Counted from the whole stretch's first letter, positions 13,630 to 25,760 are shown. The stretch: DNA of 63,612 nt, filler included, from Octopus bimaculoides (GCF_001194135.2; 4 parts of 3 records of this genome joined end to end with filler, not necessarily neighbours in it); one strand, 5' to 3'. Numbers and translations are program-made. Notes: generated by a model not told the origin, from the sequence alone.

Positions 13630-14810
13630 TACGAGAGTTGGTTGAAAAGTTCATAAACTGACCAAGATACTGTCCTGGAATGTGATCAAATGAAATTTAT
13701 TTTTCAACATAGTTCCCCTAGCAGTCCACACACTTCTTCCATTGGTGTTGCAGAGCTTGGGTCCCATTGCTGATGCAGTTTTCATCGTGCTGATCATAAA
13801 AAGTCATCAACAGCAGATATAATATCATCATCACTGCAATACTGGTTCCTACAAAGTGTTTCTTTCATGTTGGGGAACAGATGATAATCAGATGGGGCCA
13901 CATGAAGAGAATAGAGAGGTTGATGAACCAGTTGCACAGTCATGCACAGCAGCCATTGAAACCAAGGAGTTGTGTGTTGGAGCATTGACCTGATGAAACA
14001 AGACCTCTTTTGTCAGTTTTCCTGGGCATTTGATTGCGATAGCCTTTCATAACTGCTTCAGCAAATTGGCATAGTACTTTCCATTGATAGTGTGGCCCTT
14101 TTGAGGACAGTCAATAAACACAATGCCTTTTACATCCCCAAAGATCTGAGCCCATCACCTTCCCTGCAGATGAAATAACCTTGGCCTTCTTTGGAGCAAG
14201 TGAAGCAAGGTGTTTCCAATGGATTGTCACTTTGTCTCTAGCTCAAAGTGATGAACCCAACACTTATCCTGGGTTGGGAATCATTCAAAGAAAACAGCCA
14301 GATCTGCCTCAAACGATGTCAGATTTTCCAGTGATGTGATCAGCCAAGTGTACTTTTGATCAGGTGTCAGAAGACATGGTACCCACTGAGTAGAAACATT
14401 CATTATAACACAGTTCATTGTGCAGAATATTCTCACCTCTCTCATGGGATATGTTAACAGCATTGGCTATTTGATTTATACTCAATCACCTGTCATCCAT
14501 CACTATGTGGTGAACACGATCAATGGTTACCTCAATGGAGGAAGTTGTAAGATATCCAGACTTTGGGTCATCTTCAAGACTCTCCCTCCCCCTCCTAAAT
14601 TCAGTTGCCCACTTTTGCACTGTGAATGAACCTTAAGCATCATCCCTTAATGTAGCAGCCATGTCAGTATCAATGTCATTGAGGGGGGGGAGCTAGACCC
14701 TTTTTCTATAGCTCCTTGATAACACCATGATGGCATAACAACCTGATGCCAAATTTTGTCCATTTTCAAGAGAAGTCGCAACTAGTTACTTTTGAAGTCA
14801 TCTTTGAACA
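13630..14810 (-). mobile_element. Decayed mariner transposon
   Basis: WVPCLLT, FWDVKG, LFHQ.NAP.H and APSDYHLFPNMK motifs; TACGAG...AAAAGT-type terminus at 13630. Confidence 0.9.
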
Positions 14811-15873
14811 GTCAGATGTCAGTTTACCTGGAAAAACATAATGCAGTTATTAATAATAAGTGATGAAATTAATGCATGCAAGATACAGATATACATATAA
14901 ATTACCCACACACATATATACATATGTGTGTGTATGTATGTATACACACATTTATATATAAATGTATACACATACATATATGAACATAAGAAGTTTTCCT
15001 CAACTGACATAATGTAATAGGTATGTAATATGAGTGCTCAGTTTAGTTTTCCACTAAAACTCTGGCTTAAACTGCAACTGAAAAACATGGTACTAAGACT
15101 GACTATTGAAGGCAGCTAAAAGTGGTTTCTCCCTGAGCAAGAAGATATAGATTAAAACACAAAATGTAAAAGCAAAACATTTGGCATCACTCGAAAGAGA
15201 CACTGTTTATACTCTCTATGTAGACTAATTGTTTTTTTGAGTGACGCCAAATGATTCCCTTTTTCATTTTAACCCTGCACGTAGAAGCGAAAGTAGGGTA
15301 TTGTAATCACTCATCTTAGTCTGTTTGTCTGTGTGTTTGCAAAATTACCAGAAAACAGCTGAACGGATTTTCACGAAATTTGGTAGAAATATTCATTGGG
15401 TGAGTGGCTCAAAATGATGAAAATTTGGTTTGATCATCTTCAAACATACATAAATACATAGATGTGTGGGTGTGTGTGGATTCGAGGGTTTCATTTATTT
15501 ACATGTTGATTTCTTAATTTCACTAGAGTATAAATACCTATAATAGTGATACTTAAAAAAAAAAATTTATCTATGCACAGAGTGTGCATCGTCCCCTCCG
15601 ATGCCATTTTTCTCATTTTTTTTTTTTTATCTACACACATACATACATATATATATATATTAAACAGTGACCGACATATCTGTGCTCAAATCTGCCGGAA
15701 CGTATTAAGAATAAGATATCCAAGTAATCATTTCAGATCTCAATATCAACAGTGCAGGTAACGATTTATTATCGGTTGACAGATACCAGCACGAATCAAC
15801 AAACAATTTGTTCGTTGAAATTATAAACAAAGACATCGGCTCAGCTCTTATTTAGTTTCAAAGGTCCAGGTGC

Positions 15874-15919
15874 TTCTGGCTGATGAGACACAACATGTCG
15901 AAACACAGGCATCCCAGAA
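15874..15919 (+). ncRNA. Type I hammerhead ribozyme motif with canonical core
   Basis: TTCTGG CTGATGA GACA caaca TGTC GAAA C acaggc ATC CCAGAA: 6-bp stem I, 4-bp stem II, AUC triplet. Stem III is minimal, with a C-A mismatch. Confidence 0.65.
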
Positions 15920-16069
15920 TCCATAGCATTAATGAATCAAGTGTGATAAGAATACATAGTTGTAAAAAGAGGCCGTTCTCTTGTTACGTACACTTCAGCG
16001 ATTAGCATATTCGCATCCGAATCTACCGAAACGTATCGAGAATAGATAGATATGCAAGCCATTGTTTCA

Positions 16070-16199
16070 TATATATTCAGACACACATACATATATATTT
16101 ACAAATACATACGTGTCTGTGTGTATGTATATACATTTACACATACACATGTATACACATATATATAACCATACATATATGCACGTACTCATACATACA

Positions 16200-16288
<89 letters not shown>

Positions 16289-16405
16289 ATATATATATAT
16301 ATATGTATGTGTATATATATGTATGTGTGTATATATATATGTGTGTATATATATATATATATGTGTGTGTGTATATATATGTATGTGTGTATATATATAT
16401 GTGTG

Positions 16406-16460
<55 letters not shown>

Positions 16461-16495
16461 GTGTGTATATATATATATATATGTGTGTGTGTGTG
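16070..16495. repeat. Compound (TG)n/(TA)n microsatellite adjoining a long gap
   Basis: Direct inspection. Confidence 0.95.
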
Positions 16496-18353
16496 NNNNN
16501 NNNNNNNNNNNNNNNNNNNNNNNNNNNNNNNNNNNNNNNNNNNNNNNNNNNNNNNNNNNNNNNNNNNNNNNNNNNNNNNNNNNNNNNNNNNNNNNNNNNN
16601 NNNNNNNNNNNNNNNNNNNNNNNNNNNNNNNNNNNNNNNNNNNNNNNNNNNNNNNNNNNNNNNNNNNNNNNNNNNNNNNNNNNNNNNNNNNNNNNNNNNN
16701 NNNNNNNNNNNNNNNNNNNNNNNNNNNNNNNNNNNNNNNNNNNNNNNNNNNNNNNNNNNNNNNNNNNNNNNNNNNNNNNNNNNNNNNNNNNNNNNNNNNN
16801 NNNNNNNNNNNNNNNNNNNNNNNNNNNNNNNNNNNNNNNNNNNNNNNNNNNNNNNNNNNNNNNNNNNNNNNNNNNNNNNNNNNNNNNNNNNNNNNNNNNN
16901 NNNNNNNNNNNNNNNNNNNNNNNNNNNNNNNNNNNNNNNNNNNNNNNNNNNNNNNNNNNNNNNNNNNNNNNNNNNNNNNNNNNNNNNNNNNNNNNNNNNN
17001 NNNNNNNNNNNNNNNNNNNNNNNNNNNNNNNNNNNNNNNNNNNNNNNNNNNNNNNNNNNNNNNNNNNNNNNNNNNNNNNNNNNNNNNNNNNNNNNNNNNN
17101 NNNNNNNNNNNNNNNNNNNNNNNNNNNNNNNNNNNNNNNNNNNNNNNNNNNNNNNNNNNNNNNNNNNNNNNNNNNNNNNNNNNNNNNNNNNNNNNNNNNN
17201 NNNNNNNNNNNNNNNNNNNNNNNNNNNNNNNNNNNNNNNNNNNNNNNNNNNNNNNNNNNNNNNNNNNNNNNNNNNNNNNNNNNNNNNNNNNNNNNNNNNN
17301 NNNNNNNNNNNNNNNNNNNNNNNNNNNNNNNNNNNNNNNNNNNNNNNNNNNNNNNNNNNNNNNNNNNNNNNNNNNNNNNNNNNNNNNNNNNNNNNNNNNN
17401 NNNNNNNNNNNNNNNNNNNNNNNNNNNNNNNNNNNNNATATAGTGTGTGTGTGTGTTGAATTATGGATTTTAAATAATGATATAATTCAATACATAAAAG
17501 GTACAAAGTTTACTACTTTTAACATAAGGAAATGTCTTAAATACTTGTTTTTAAAAAAAATTGTTTAAAAATGCTTCTAACGTCAAAATGATGAAATCGC
17601 TCCTCGAAAGATCATCAAACTAGTTCTTTCGGGTTCTGCTGGTTTTACCCTACAAGAATATTTTAATAAATCTGAAACCATTTAACATACATTGAGCAAG
17701 AAGAACAAGTTGCGCTTTTCTTTTTCAGGTTAGTATTATATTTGTTCAGCCAAAGAACGAGAACATATATGAAAGTCATTCTCTTTTGTTACACCTTATC
17801 GTTTACTGCTGTGGATTATAAGGTCATCTCCAAAACTAACTTCGTAAAATAACTTGCCAAATCCACATATATTAGCAGTTACCAAGAGAACGTATCGTCT
17901 GAGTGTGTGTGTGTGCTTATTGAAGGAGAGGGGTGATTTTTACATTTCAACCCATAATAAAACAAAAAGCTTCAACGTCATTCAAAGGGGAAGGGTGGGT
18001 CTTTGAGGAGTGCGATTAATAACACAAATAATACAAATCATTGTATTTAATAATGTACGAGGCATTAAATGTTCCTAGCAGTAAATGATTTCGAGTCTTA
18101 CTTAGAATCGTTTTGATTTATATCTAACGTTTATTTTGTTGTTGATTTCTCAAGAAGCTTTGGTGGGGAGGGAAGTTGTGGATAACGTTGTCCTCTCTAA
18201 ACCTGATTCACCATATATTACTAATATATCTGTACAAATACGATTTGTGTGCGTATATATATATATATATATATATATGTGAGAGTATTGTAGTTCGCTT
18301 GAAGCATTGTGTATTGTTTGTAAAGAATAAAAAGTTTAGAATGGTATAACAAT

Positions 18354-18574
18354 GCAGTATAAAACAAAAAATGGACTATATACCTGTTATAACTTGGTTA
18401 TCTATACAGTCCGATGATATTTCGGAATTACAATTCCTTCCTCAGATCTTATTTGCTGGAGTCTCCGCTATAAACAAATAAGATCTGAAGAAGGAATTGT
18501 AATTCCGAAATATCATCGGACTATAGATAACCAAGTTACAACAGGTATATAGTCCATTTTTTGTTCTATAGTGC
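18354..18574. repeat. Near-perfect foldback, about 100-bp arms, 19-nt loop, in Rab18 intron 1
   Basis: Arms 18354-18455 and 18475-18574 differ by about 4 substitutions and one 2-nt indel; right end abuts a 10-N gap. Confidence 0.95.
18482..18517 (+). ncRNA. Minimal hammerhead-like motif, right arm of foldback (antiparallel copy at 18413-18448, minus strand)
   Basis: GAT CTGAAGA A GGAAT tgta ATTCC GAAA TA TC ATC; palindromic AUAU in place of stem III; stem I only 3 bp. Confidence 0.5.
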
Positions 18575-18669
18575 NNNNNNNNNNTATATATAAGAGAGAG
18601 AGAGAGAGAGAGAGATGCGTGTTTGGGTGCATTTATGTATGTATTTATATACTTGTATTATTTATTTAC

Positions 18670-18740
18670 CTGGACTTTCCAACTCCACTTTCTCCAATGA
18701 TGAGGATCTTAAGAGTCGTAAGAATGTCTTGATCATCCAT
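18670..18740 (-). CDS. RAB18: Rab18 small GTPase, coding exon 1 (MDDQDILTTLKILIIGESGVGKS-S)
   Basis: ATG at 18740 reads MDDQDILTTLKILIIGESGVGKS then AG|GTAAAT donor (phase 2). Nearly identical to the Rab18 N-terminus MDEDVLTTLKILIIGESGVGKSS with P-loop. Different frame from listed ORF 18662..18928. Lies in a CpG-retaining region. Confidence 0.95.
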
Positions 18741-19420
18741 GAGAAGCAAATGACAAAATAATCCGAAACGGTTGTACGACAACACCAACACCAACAACAA
18801 CAACGAAAATAGACACACGGGTTTTCGACCAACAGCTGATGTATAATTATGGACGGATAAACAGGGGGTAAATATATGCAGTCACTAAGACAAACGAACT
18901 GTAATAAGCAGTTTAGATGAAGAGCCAACTACGAAGCGACAAAGTTCTGGTGATTGCTTGTGTATATATTTTTTAAATAAATTGATAACAAAGAATAGTC
19001 GCTTATTATATATATATTGTATAAGTATATATATATATATTAATGTTAAATATGTGTATGCGTAACTACAGCGTATGACGGAAAAATAAATGTGTTCGCC
19101 CACGACAAAAACAAAGATGGCGCTAAATCTTGAGCAAACGTCACTTTATTTTTATACCCTATCTGATGATGTAGCCACGTTTTGCAAAGTGATTGCGTAA
19201 CCTCTCTCTCTCTCTCTTTCTCCCTCTTTCACGCTGTCTCTTCCTCTCTCTCTCTCTTTCTCCCTCTTTCACACTGTCTCTTCCTCCCTCTTTCACACTG
19301 TCTCTTCCTCTCTCTACTACTCTCACTCGCTCTCTCTCTATATTTTTCTCTCTCTACATCTCTTTCTCCATCTACCTCTCTACTTCTCTCACTTTATGTG
19401 TGTATATGCATGTCTGTATG
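18741..19420. promoter_or_regulatory. Rab18 5' UTR/promoter region, CpG-retaining, with YY1-like motif and CT tract
   Basis: Directly upstream of the Rab18 ATG. AAGATGGCG at 19114-19122; polypyrimidine tract about 19200-19400. Confidence 0.5.
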
Positions 19421-20677
19421 TAAGTGGATTTTTTTTTTCATAGCTTTTCAATTTATCACATCTATCGTGACTAACCACGAATGTTACGTAGTAGATTGAA
19501 CAGAAGTAAACAAGTCTTTTTACATCTTTTGAACGATCTGAAGTGTATGTATACACACATACACTCATACAAACACACATACATACATATATATATATGT
19601 ACGTATGTATGTATTTTATTGTGTCTGGGAGGGAGTCAATACAAAAACGAAATATATGTGTGTGTGTGTGTGTGTGTATTTATACTCGGCTGTTGAGTCG
19701 ATTATCCCTTTCCTGTTTCTTCACCTCGGAGAGGGGAGCAAGAGTCAATGGAAACTAGATTTTTTAAACTATCTTCTTTACAATGTGTAGCTTTGTACCT
19801 CATGTTTCACGGGTCAAATCCCATTAACGTTAACTTTTGCTTTAGATAAAATAAATATTTGCGATATACTGAGCCTGAATCATTCAATCATCCCCTACCC
19901 CAGACAAAATCAGCCTGTGCTAACCTGGAGAATCATGAAAAGTTTTGATGATATCTCCCTACTTCTCTATCTTTCTTTTCTTTTATCTTTCCTATTCATT
20001 TTATATCTGTGCATATTTTCTCTTCTTTTCGTCATGGCACCTGAGGTATAAATTTACTGTAAACATTTTTCTGTATCAACCTAATTACGCATATCTTTTT
20101 TTCTGTATCGACCCAATTACTTATAACATTTCTCCATAGAGAATAAGAAAGCATTGATGAAAAAGGAGGATTGAAAGGTGAAGAAACAGGAAACGGATAA
20201 AAGTACAATGAACTTCTTAAAGTTTCCGTCTACCAAATTGACCCACAAGGCTTTGAAGAAATAGAAGAATTGGAAGATGAAGAATAAAAGTATAAGTCAA
20301 AGAAGAATTAGGAAGAAAACAAGGGAGGCCAAGAATAGGAGGAAGTAAAGGAGAAGAACAAGATTGGAAGAAGACAAATGAATTGGTAAAAGAAACAATA
20401 AATTAGAAGAGGGAGAATGAAAATGAAAAGGAGATGGATAATTAGAAGAAAACTGGTAGAAGATAAGAAAGAACTAAAACAGAAAAGATGTAGGGAAATA
20501 TCAAACTTTGGGACGAAATATCAGATTTTATCAAGGAAATGAGGAGAAGTGACGGAATATTGTGATGTTCACACTTCCAAATTGTTACACTGAATTAATC
20601 AAAGTTTTTATGTGAAATATCTTGTTCTTTGGAAATGTCATAAGCAAGTTATCAAAGCAATTTTGGATATAGGTAAA

Positions 20678-20793
20678 GAATTAACCTTTACACAGTTTAA
20701 AAGACCTACCATTTAACTTAAGTACCTTCAATGTAATTGCAAAGTTACTTAGAAGTTGAATGGTAGGTCTTTAAACTAGGCAAAGATTAATTC
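20678..20793. repeat. Small imperfect foldback
   Basis: AAAGACCTACCATT and AATGGTAGGTCTTT inverted arms, flanked by GAATTAA / TTAATTC. Confidence 0.75.
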
Positions 20794-21049
20794 TGTTTCA
20801 AAATATCTCAACATCTTTGGTCTGAAGATAACCTATGAGTTTTGATGGGGAGGATTTTCTACCCCAACCCCACAAAATAATCCTGGTTGAGTAATAAAAA
20901 AAGAGGCAAAATTGGTATTAGTGTTGGCAGTTGAAACCTACTGAGTTTAAGTCCATTGCTTTAGTTGCATGTGTTGATTCAGATGCTTGATAGTTTATGG
21001 GATGTAAGTAAATCTAATGAGGAAACTTAGGGTTTGGCACTTTCAGTAA

Positions 21050-21510
21050 GTAGGATCATTCTTAATGGAATAATATGATACGGATAGATACTGACTGCTC
21101 CATAAAGAAGTGTTGATCCCTCAGAGTAGATGGAAGTGGGAGACCCAGGAAGACATAGGATGAAGTACAAAAGAATGACCTTAGGATACTGAACCTTTCA
21201 GGTGAGATGACAAAGAACTGAGATGCCTGGTGCCTTGCTGTACTCCAAAAGACCTGTACTCCACAACAGAAGTGTTAAGATTGGTCCTTCTAGTGGTGTA
21301 AAGCACTTGTAGCAATACCATGTAAAAGCACCTGTGTGGTGCCACATAAAAGCACCCAGCACACTCTGTGAAGTGGTTGGTGTTTGAAAGGGCATCCAGC
21401 CATAAAAACCAGGCCAAATCAGACTGGAACCTAATGCAGCTCTCCAGCTTGCTGGCTCTGGTCAAACTATCCAACCCATGCTAGCATGGACAAAGGACGT
21501 TCAATAATAA
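21050..21510 (+). mobile_element. Short RTE 3' fragment with tail
   Basis: GRPRKTW-like RT end followed by the shared GAAGGGCATCCAGC...CAACCCATGCTAGCATGG tail. Confidence 0.7.
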
Positions 21511-22562
21511 CAATGAGGTGTGACTGTGTGATAAGAAAATTACTTCTCAAATGCAGGTTTCGGGGTTCAGTCCCACAACATTGCACCTTGGGCAGGTGTC
21601 TTCTACTATAGCCTCAAGCCAACTAAAGCCTTGTGAGTAGATCTGGTAGACAATAATTGAAAAAAGTTTGTTGCACATTATCTGTGTGTGTGTTATTGTC
21701 TCCTTACCTTAACATCACATGAGAGTCATAAGCGAGCTTCACTGTCATGCAAGAGGTGTTCTTTGTTTCCATTATTCAGTGAAAACATGTCTGGGTTTGG
21801 AAAAATATTACCTCACCTGTAAACAGGCAAAGGTTAGCAACAGGAAAGGCATCAGGCCACAGGAAATCCACCTCAACAAATTCCACCCAACCCATGCAAG
21901 ATGGAAATGTGGATGTTGAAATGATGGTGTTGTTAATAATGGTAATCATATATGGTGGTAGTAAATTTATGTTGTTTGATGATAACACAGTTGTTCAATG
22001 AAATGAATTATCTGCTTCTGAATTAACATATGTGGCTGAGGATCCCACAGGCACATGTATCCTTTATTTGCAATTCACAGACAATATCAACATGACACAG
22101 TTTATGTGAAAGCTGTACCTTTTGAACCATTGACATAATCCACCCAACAGGATTCTATGCAGTTTCTGTCCACCCAATTTCAATGAGAGGCAATAGAAAA
22201 TGACAGGTTCCACACAGTAGGATTAAACCTGGGACTTCATGTCTTAACTATTCATCTACATGTATATATCATCATCATCATCATCATCATCATCACCATC
22301 ATTATTTTAATGTCCACTTCTCCATATTTGCATGGATTAGATAGAATTAATTGAAGCAGATTTTCCACTGCTGGATGCCTATCCTGCCACTGACCTTCAC
22401 CTGTTTCCAAGTAAGGTAATATTTCCCCTTGGCCTGACATGTTGCCACAGAAGATTGGAAATAAATGATAAAGCTTGTATGACAATGCCACATGTTAACA
22501 ACTGTCACATGATGTCAAGAGGAGATATGAAAACACACACATATACATATATTATATATATA

Positions 22563-22774
22563 TCATCATCATCATCATCATCATCGTTTAACGTCTGCTT
22601 TCCATGCTAGCATGGGTTGGACGATTTGACTGAGGACTGGTGAAACTCTAATTTGGCAGAGTTTCTACAGCTGGATGCCCTTCCTAACGCGAACCACTCA
22701 GAGAGTGTTATGGGTGCTTTTACGTGTCACCCGCACGAAAACGGCCACGCTCGAAATGGTGTCTTTTATGTGCC
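22563..22774 (-). mobile_element. Young RTE-tail repeat cut by the spacer
   Basis: Tail motifs with intact CpGs. Confidence 0.8.
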
Positions 22775-22874
22775 NNNNNNNNNNNNNNNNNNNNNNNNNN
22801 NNNNNNNNNNNNNNNNNNTTAATTAATTAANNNNNNNNNNNNNNNNNNNNNNNNNNNNNNNNNNNNNNNNNNNN
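22775..22874. other. Artificial 100-bp scaffold spacer
   Basis: 44 N + TTAATTAATTAA + 44 N; the 12-mer gives stops in all six frames. Confidence 0.95.
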
Positions 22875-23843
22875 GACACGTGGCGTTCGATAATATAATA
22901 ATATAATATAATATAATATAATATAATGATATATGACCATATGCATGTATACATACATACATATATGTACATACCTACATCTACATGTATATATAGATGC
23001 ATATCCGGGTAGCCATATGTGTATATATATATGTACGTATACATGTATGGATCGGATAGCCAGATAGCTAGCTAGAGAGATAGATAAATATTCAGCGATA
23101 CATTCATTCAATATTTTACCGTCGGTAGCGCATGTTATGAAATCACTGACAAACACTTGAAATGAAGTCAAACTATTTGCTTTTCACAAAAGATTAGCCT
23201 ACATTTATACACATCTGCCACACGCGAATAAAGACACATATATAAACACACACACACACTTCACATTCACACAAGCACACACATAAATACACGCAAGCAC
23301 ACACACATGCAAGCACACACACACACAATAATGTACAAATACTGGTAGACATTCAAGCACATACATACATGGACACACCTCAGTTTCATTGTAGACTTGC
23401 ATCATAGGTGATATATGAAATTTATTACTTGCTGTTAACCTCTCACTACTTTATCTGCACACATCGCCTCTCTTTCAAGGCCTTACCATTTTCAATTAAT
23501 GGGATGACAAATGAATCTCAATAAAGAAATATTTGTGTAGGTCATTGTATTCGATGGATAAATGCTTGTATAACTTCGAGACCACATTCAATGTTTCCGT
23601 AATTCTTACATTAAACATGATTAACATTTATGCAACACGTGATTTGGTTGAGTCAGTGTTGTTGCCTAACACCAGAATGGGAAACACTAAAAAGTACTCC
23701 AAAATTGGGGTGCATAATCCAGTAGAAATTGTTTAAATAGTAGGGCTAATATAGGGACACGATTTGGACTGTTATGTTTTATTGGAATGGACAAGACAAA
23801 ATCAGAGTTTGCTGCCTTGTTAGCTTTAAAAAATTGACAGTCA

Positions 23844-24234
23844 TTCCTTACAGCTGTTTCAATTCAAGCCCTCAGAAATTTAATTAATTAAATAAAAAAT
23901 TATTTGACAGTCGAATCTCTTCAGAGTTAGATAAAAATATACAAAATAGGTGTTCAATTTCCGCATGTTGAGTAAACGGTTACAAACCGTTAAGTGATAA
24001 AATCTCTTCATAAAGAACATAGTTTACGAAGTAGTGCCCTCAGAAGGGGTATAATGTAGTTCTTTCTGTATAAAGTTTATCAGTTAACGGTTTATAGCCG
24101 TTTACTCAACATGCGGTTATTGAACGCCTATTTTGTATGCTTTTATCTACCTCCGAAGAGACCCGACTTTCAAATAATTTTTAATTCAATTAATTAATAT
24201 TCTGAGGGTCCGAACTGAAACAGCCGTAAGGGAA
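23844..24234. repeat. Large imperfect foldback, about 158-bp arms at about 85% identity, about 73-bp spacer
   Basis: Hand alignment of 23844-24001 with the reverse complement of 24075-24234. Confidence 0.92.
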
Positions 24235-24274
24235 GTTTATTAATTTTTTTTAATTGATAAATAATAACTTATTA

Positions 24275-24571
24275 ATTCGGGGAAACCGGAGGATAGGAGA
24301 GCGGGTAAATGAGCATTAGAGGGAACTTAAGGAAGAGAAGAGCTCATCAGTTTTATACCAGCACGCCGTGAGGGAACACGGAGGCTCACTCAACAACATA
24401 GAAGTTAAAATCTTGTCCACACATAGAACGTACGCAACGCTTAGACAAATTACGGAAGCTCCACACATAATAGAAGATAAACCTTGCCTAAATAGGAAAC
24501 TAGAATGGAGCAATAGCACCCCCACCACACGCACACCCAACACAGCCTATGACAGAATAAGAACCCCATAA
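24275..24571 (+). mobile_element. Penelope-like element GIY-YIG endonuclease C-terminal remnant
   Basis: Decayed frame ...GETG..ERVNEH...SVLYQHAVREHGG...VKIL...LRQITEAPHIIEDKPCLNRKLEW, typical of the PLE endonuclease end. Confidence 0.72.
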
Positions 24572-25179
24572 AGTAATAATAATATGAAACTAATGCAATA
24601 GACAGATGAATAAATGGTATTAAATAATTATATACATAAACAAAATATAATAAATTAAATTAGCTACTGGCAAGTCATGTATGTCGTTACTTCAACTAAG
24701 CTGTTCCGTACGAACGTTCGGTACTGTCATTTTTTTAACTCCAAGAGGACATTTTCTCTAGCTCCTTAAAAATGCAACCTGCATCCAATATATTGTAAAC
24801 AAGGGAACGAATCGCTACCACCTAGATACTGGACCAACAGATCAAGCTTGTTCCCGGTTATTTGAGCCCATCAGTACTGGATACCTCGTCTGCTAGATAT
24901 AGCAGTACTTTGACTCCAGTTCGCAATATATAAAGAATCAAGCAATCTTCAGTGGCTGATCTTGCAACAAGAAAAGCAGCTAGTTATTAAATCTCTATAA
25001 GAGATGAAAGCAACAACAGTATTGGCAAGTAATATTTGTTGCCATTTCAACACGGCTGTCCCGCAGGAACGGATGTTATTGCGATGTTTTAACCTCAAGA
25101 GGACTTTTCCTCTAGCAGAAGCAGGTGGAATCGTTAATTAGCTAAAATATAAGATATCATCTATACTAGCATGTTCACC

Positions 25180-25760
25180 AATAAAGATAGTCTTTAATTT
25201 CGAGTGGTTTATTGAGAGACCAGCTTCTATGGCAACCGACTTCTGGTATATGGAGGAAGCTGGAGAGTTTGTCATAGTCAGTGAGGCAAGTACACTGTCG
25301 TCTGGAAAGTCGAGGTCAGCGAGGTAGGAGGGGAGAAAATATCAACCTTGACAGGGACGGAGAGTTATGCCTAGTTCAGATACTGCGGCGCTGTAGTACA
25401 TAATCAAATATTATTGAAAGGGAAAGGAGCTGTGTCTCCGTGAAGAACTTCTTTGTTGACTGTAAATGTGTCGCTGTTTCTTTCAAGAATGCATATGAAA
25501 CTTTTACGGTCTGCATAGCGTATGACATTTATGTTTCATTTGATATACCACAGGCAAAGAAAATCTGGGATATTCGCTCACGGTTGGATAGAGTCAAATG
25601 CTTTGGAGAATTACACCAAGAAGTACTACAAAGTATCTTTGGCATTTACTTGATGTCATAATCGACCAGTCTTCAACCGTATCAAGCTCAATCGCATCTG
25701 AGGCGTTCTTGAAACATCGTCAGATAAAACTAAAAAGCCATTTGCAACGGCCGGTCCTTC
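25180..25760 (-). mobile_element. Old RTE-type reverse transcriptase fragment
   Basis: FSKAFDS, EVLHGDT-APF..I.DYVL and LADLDFPDD motifs across frameshifts. Confidence 0.72.

Noticed and set aside
16062-17568. Long 400-480 aa ORFs in the track (also 3580-4269, 34972-36144, 39081-39683, 44272-44974)
   Set aside because: They are open only because they cross N gaps and dinucleotide repeats.
18662-18928. Listed 88-aa ORF over the Rab18 exon
   Set aside because: Wrong frame; the Rab18 peptide is in another frame starting at 18740.
22819-22830. TTAATTAATTAA as a homeodomain site or biological repeat
   Set aside because: Centred identically in three 100-bp N spacers, so it is a synthetic linker.
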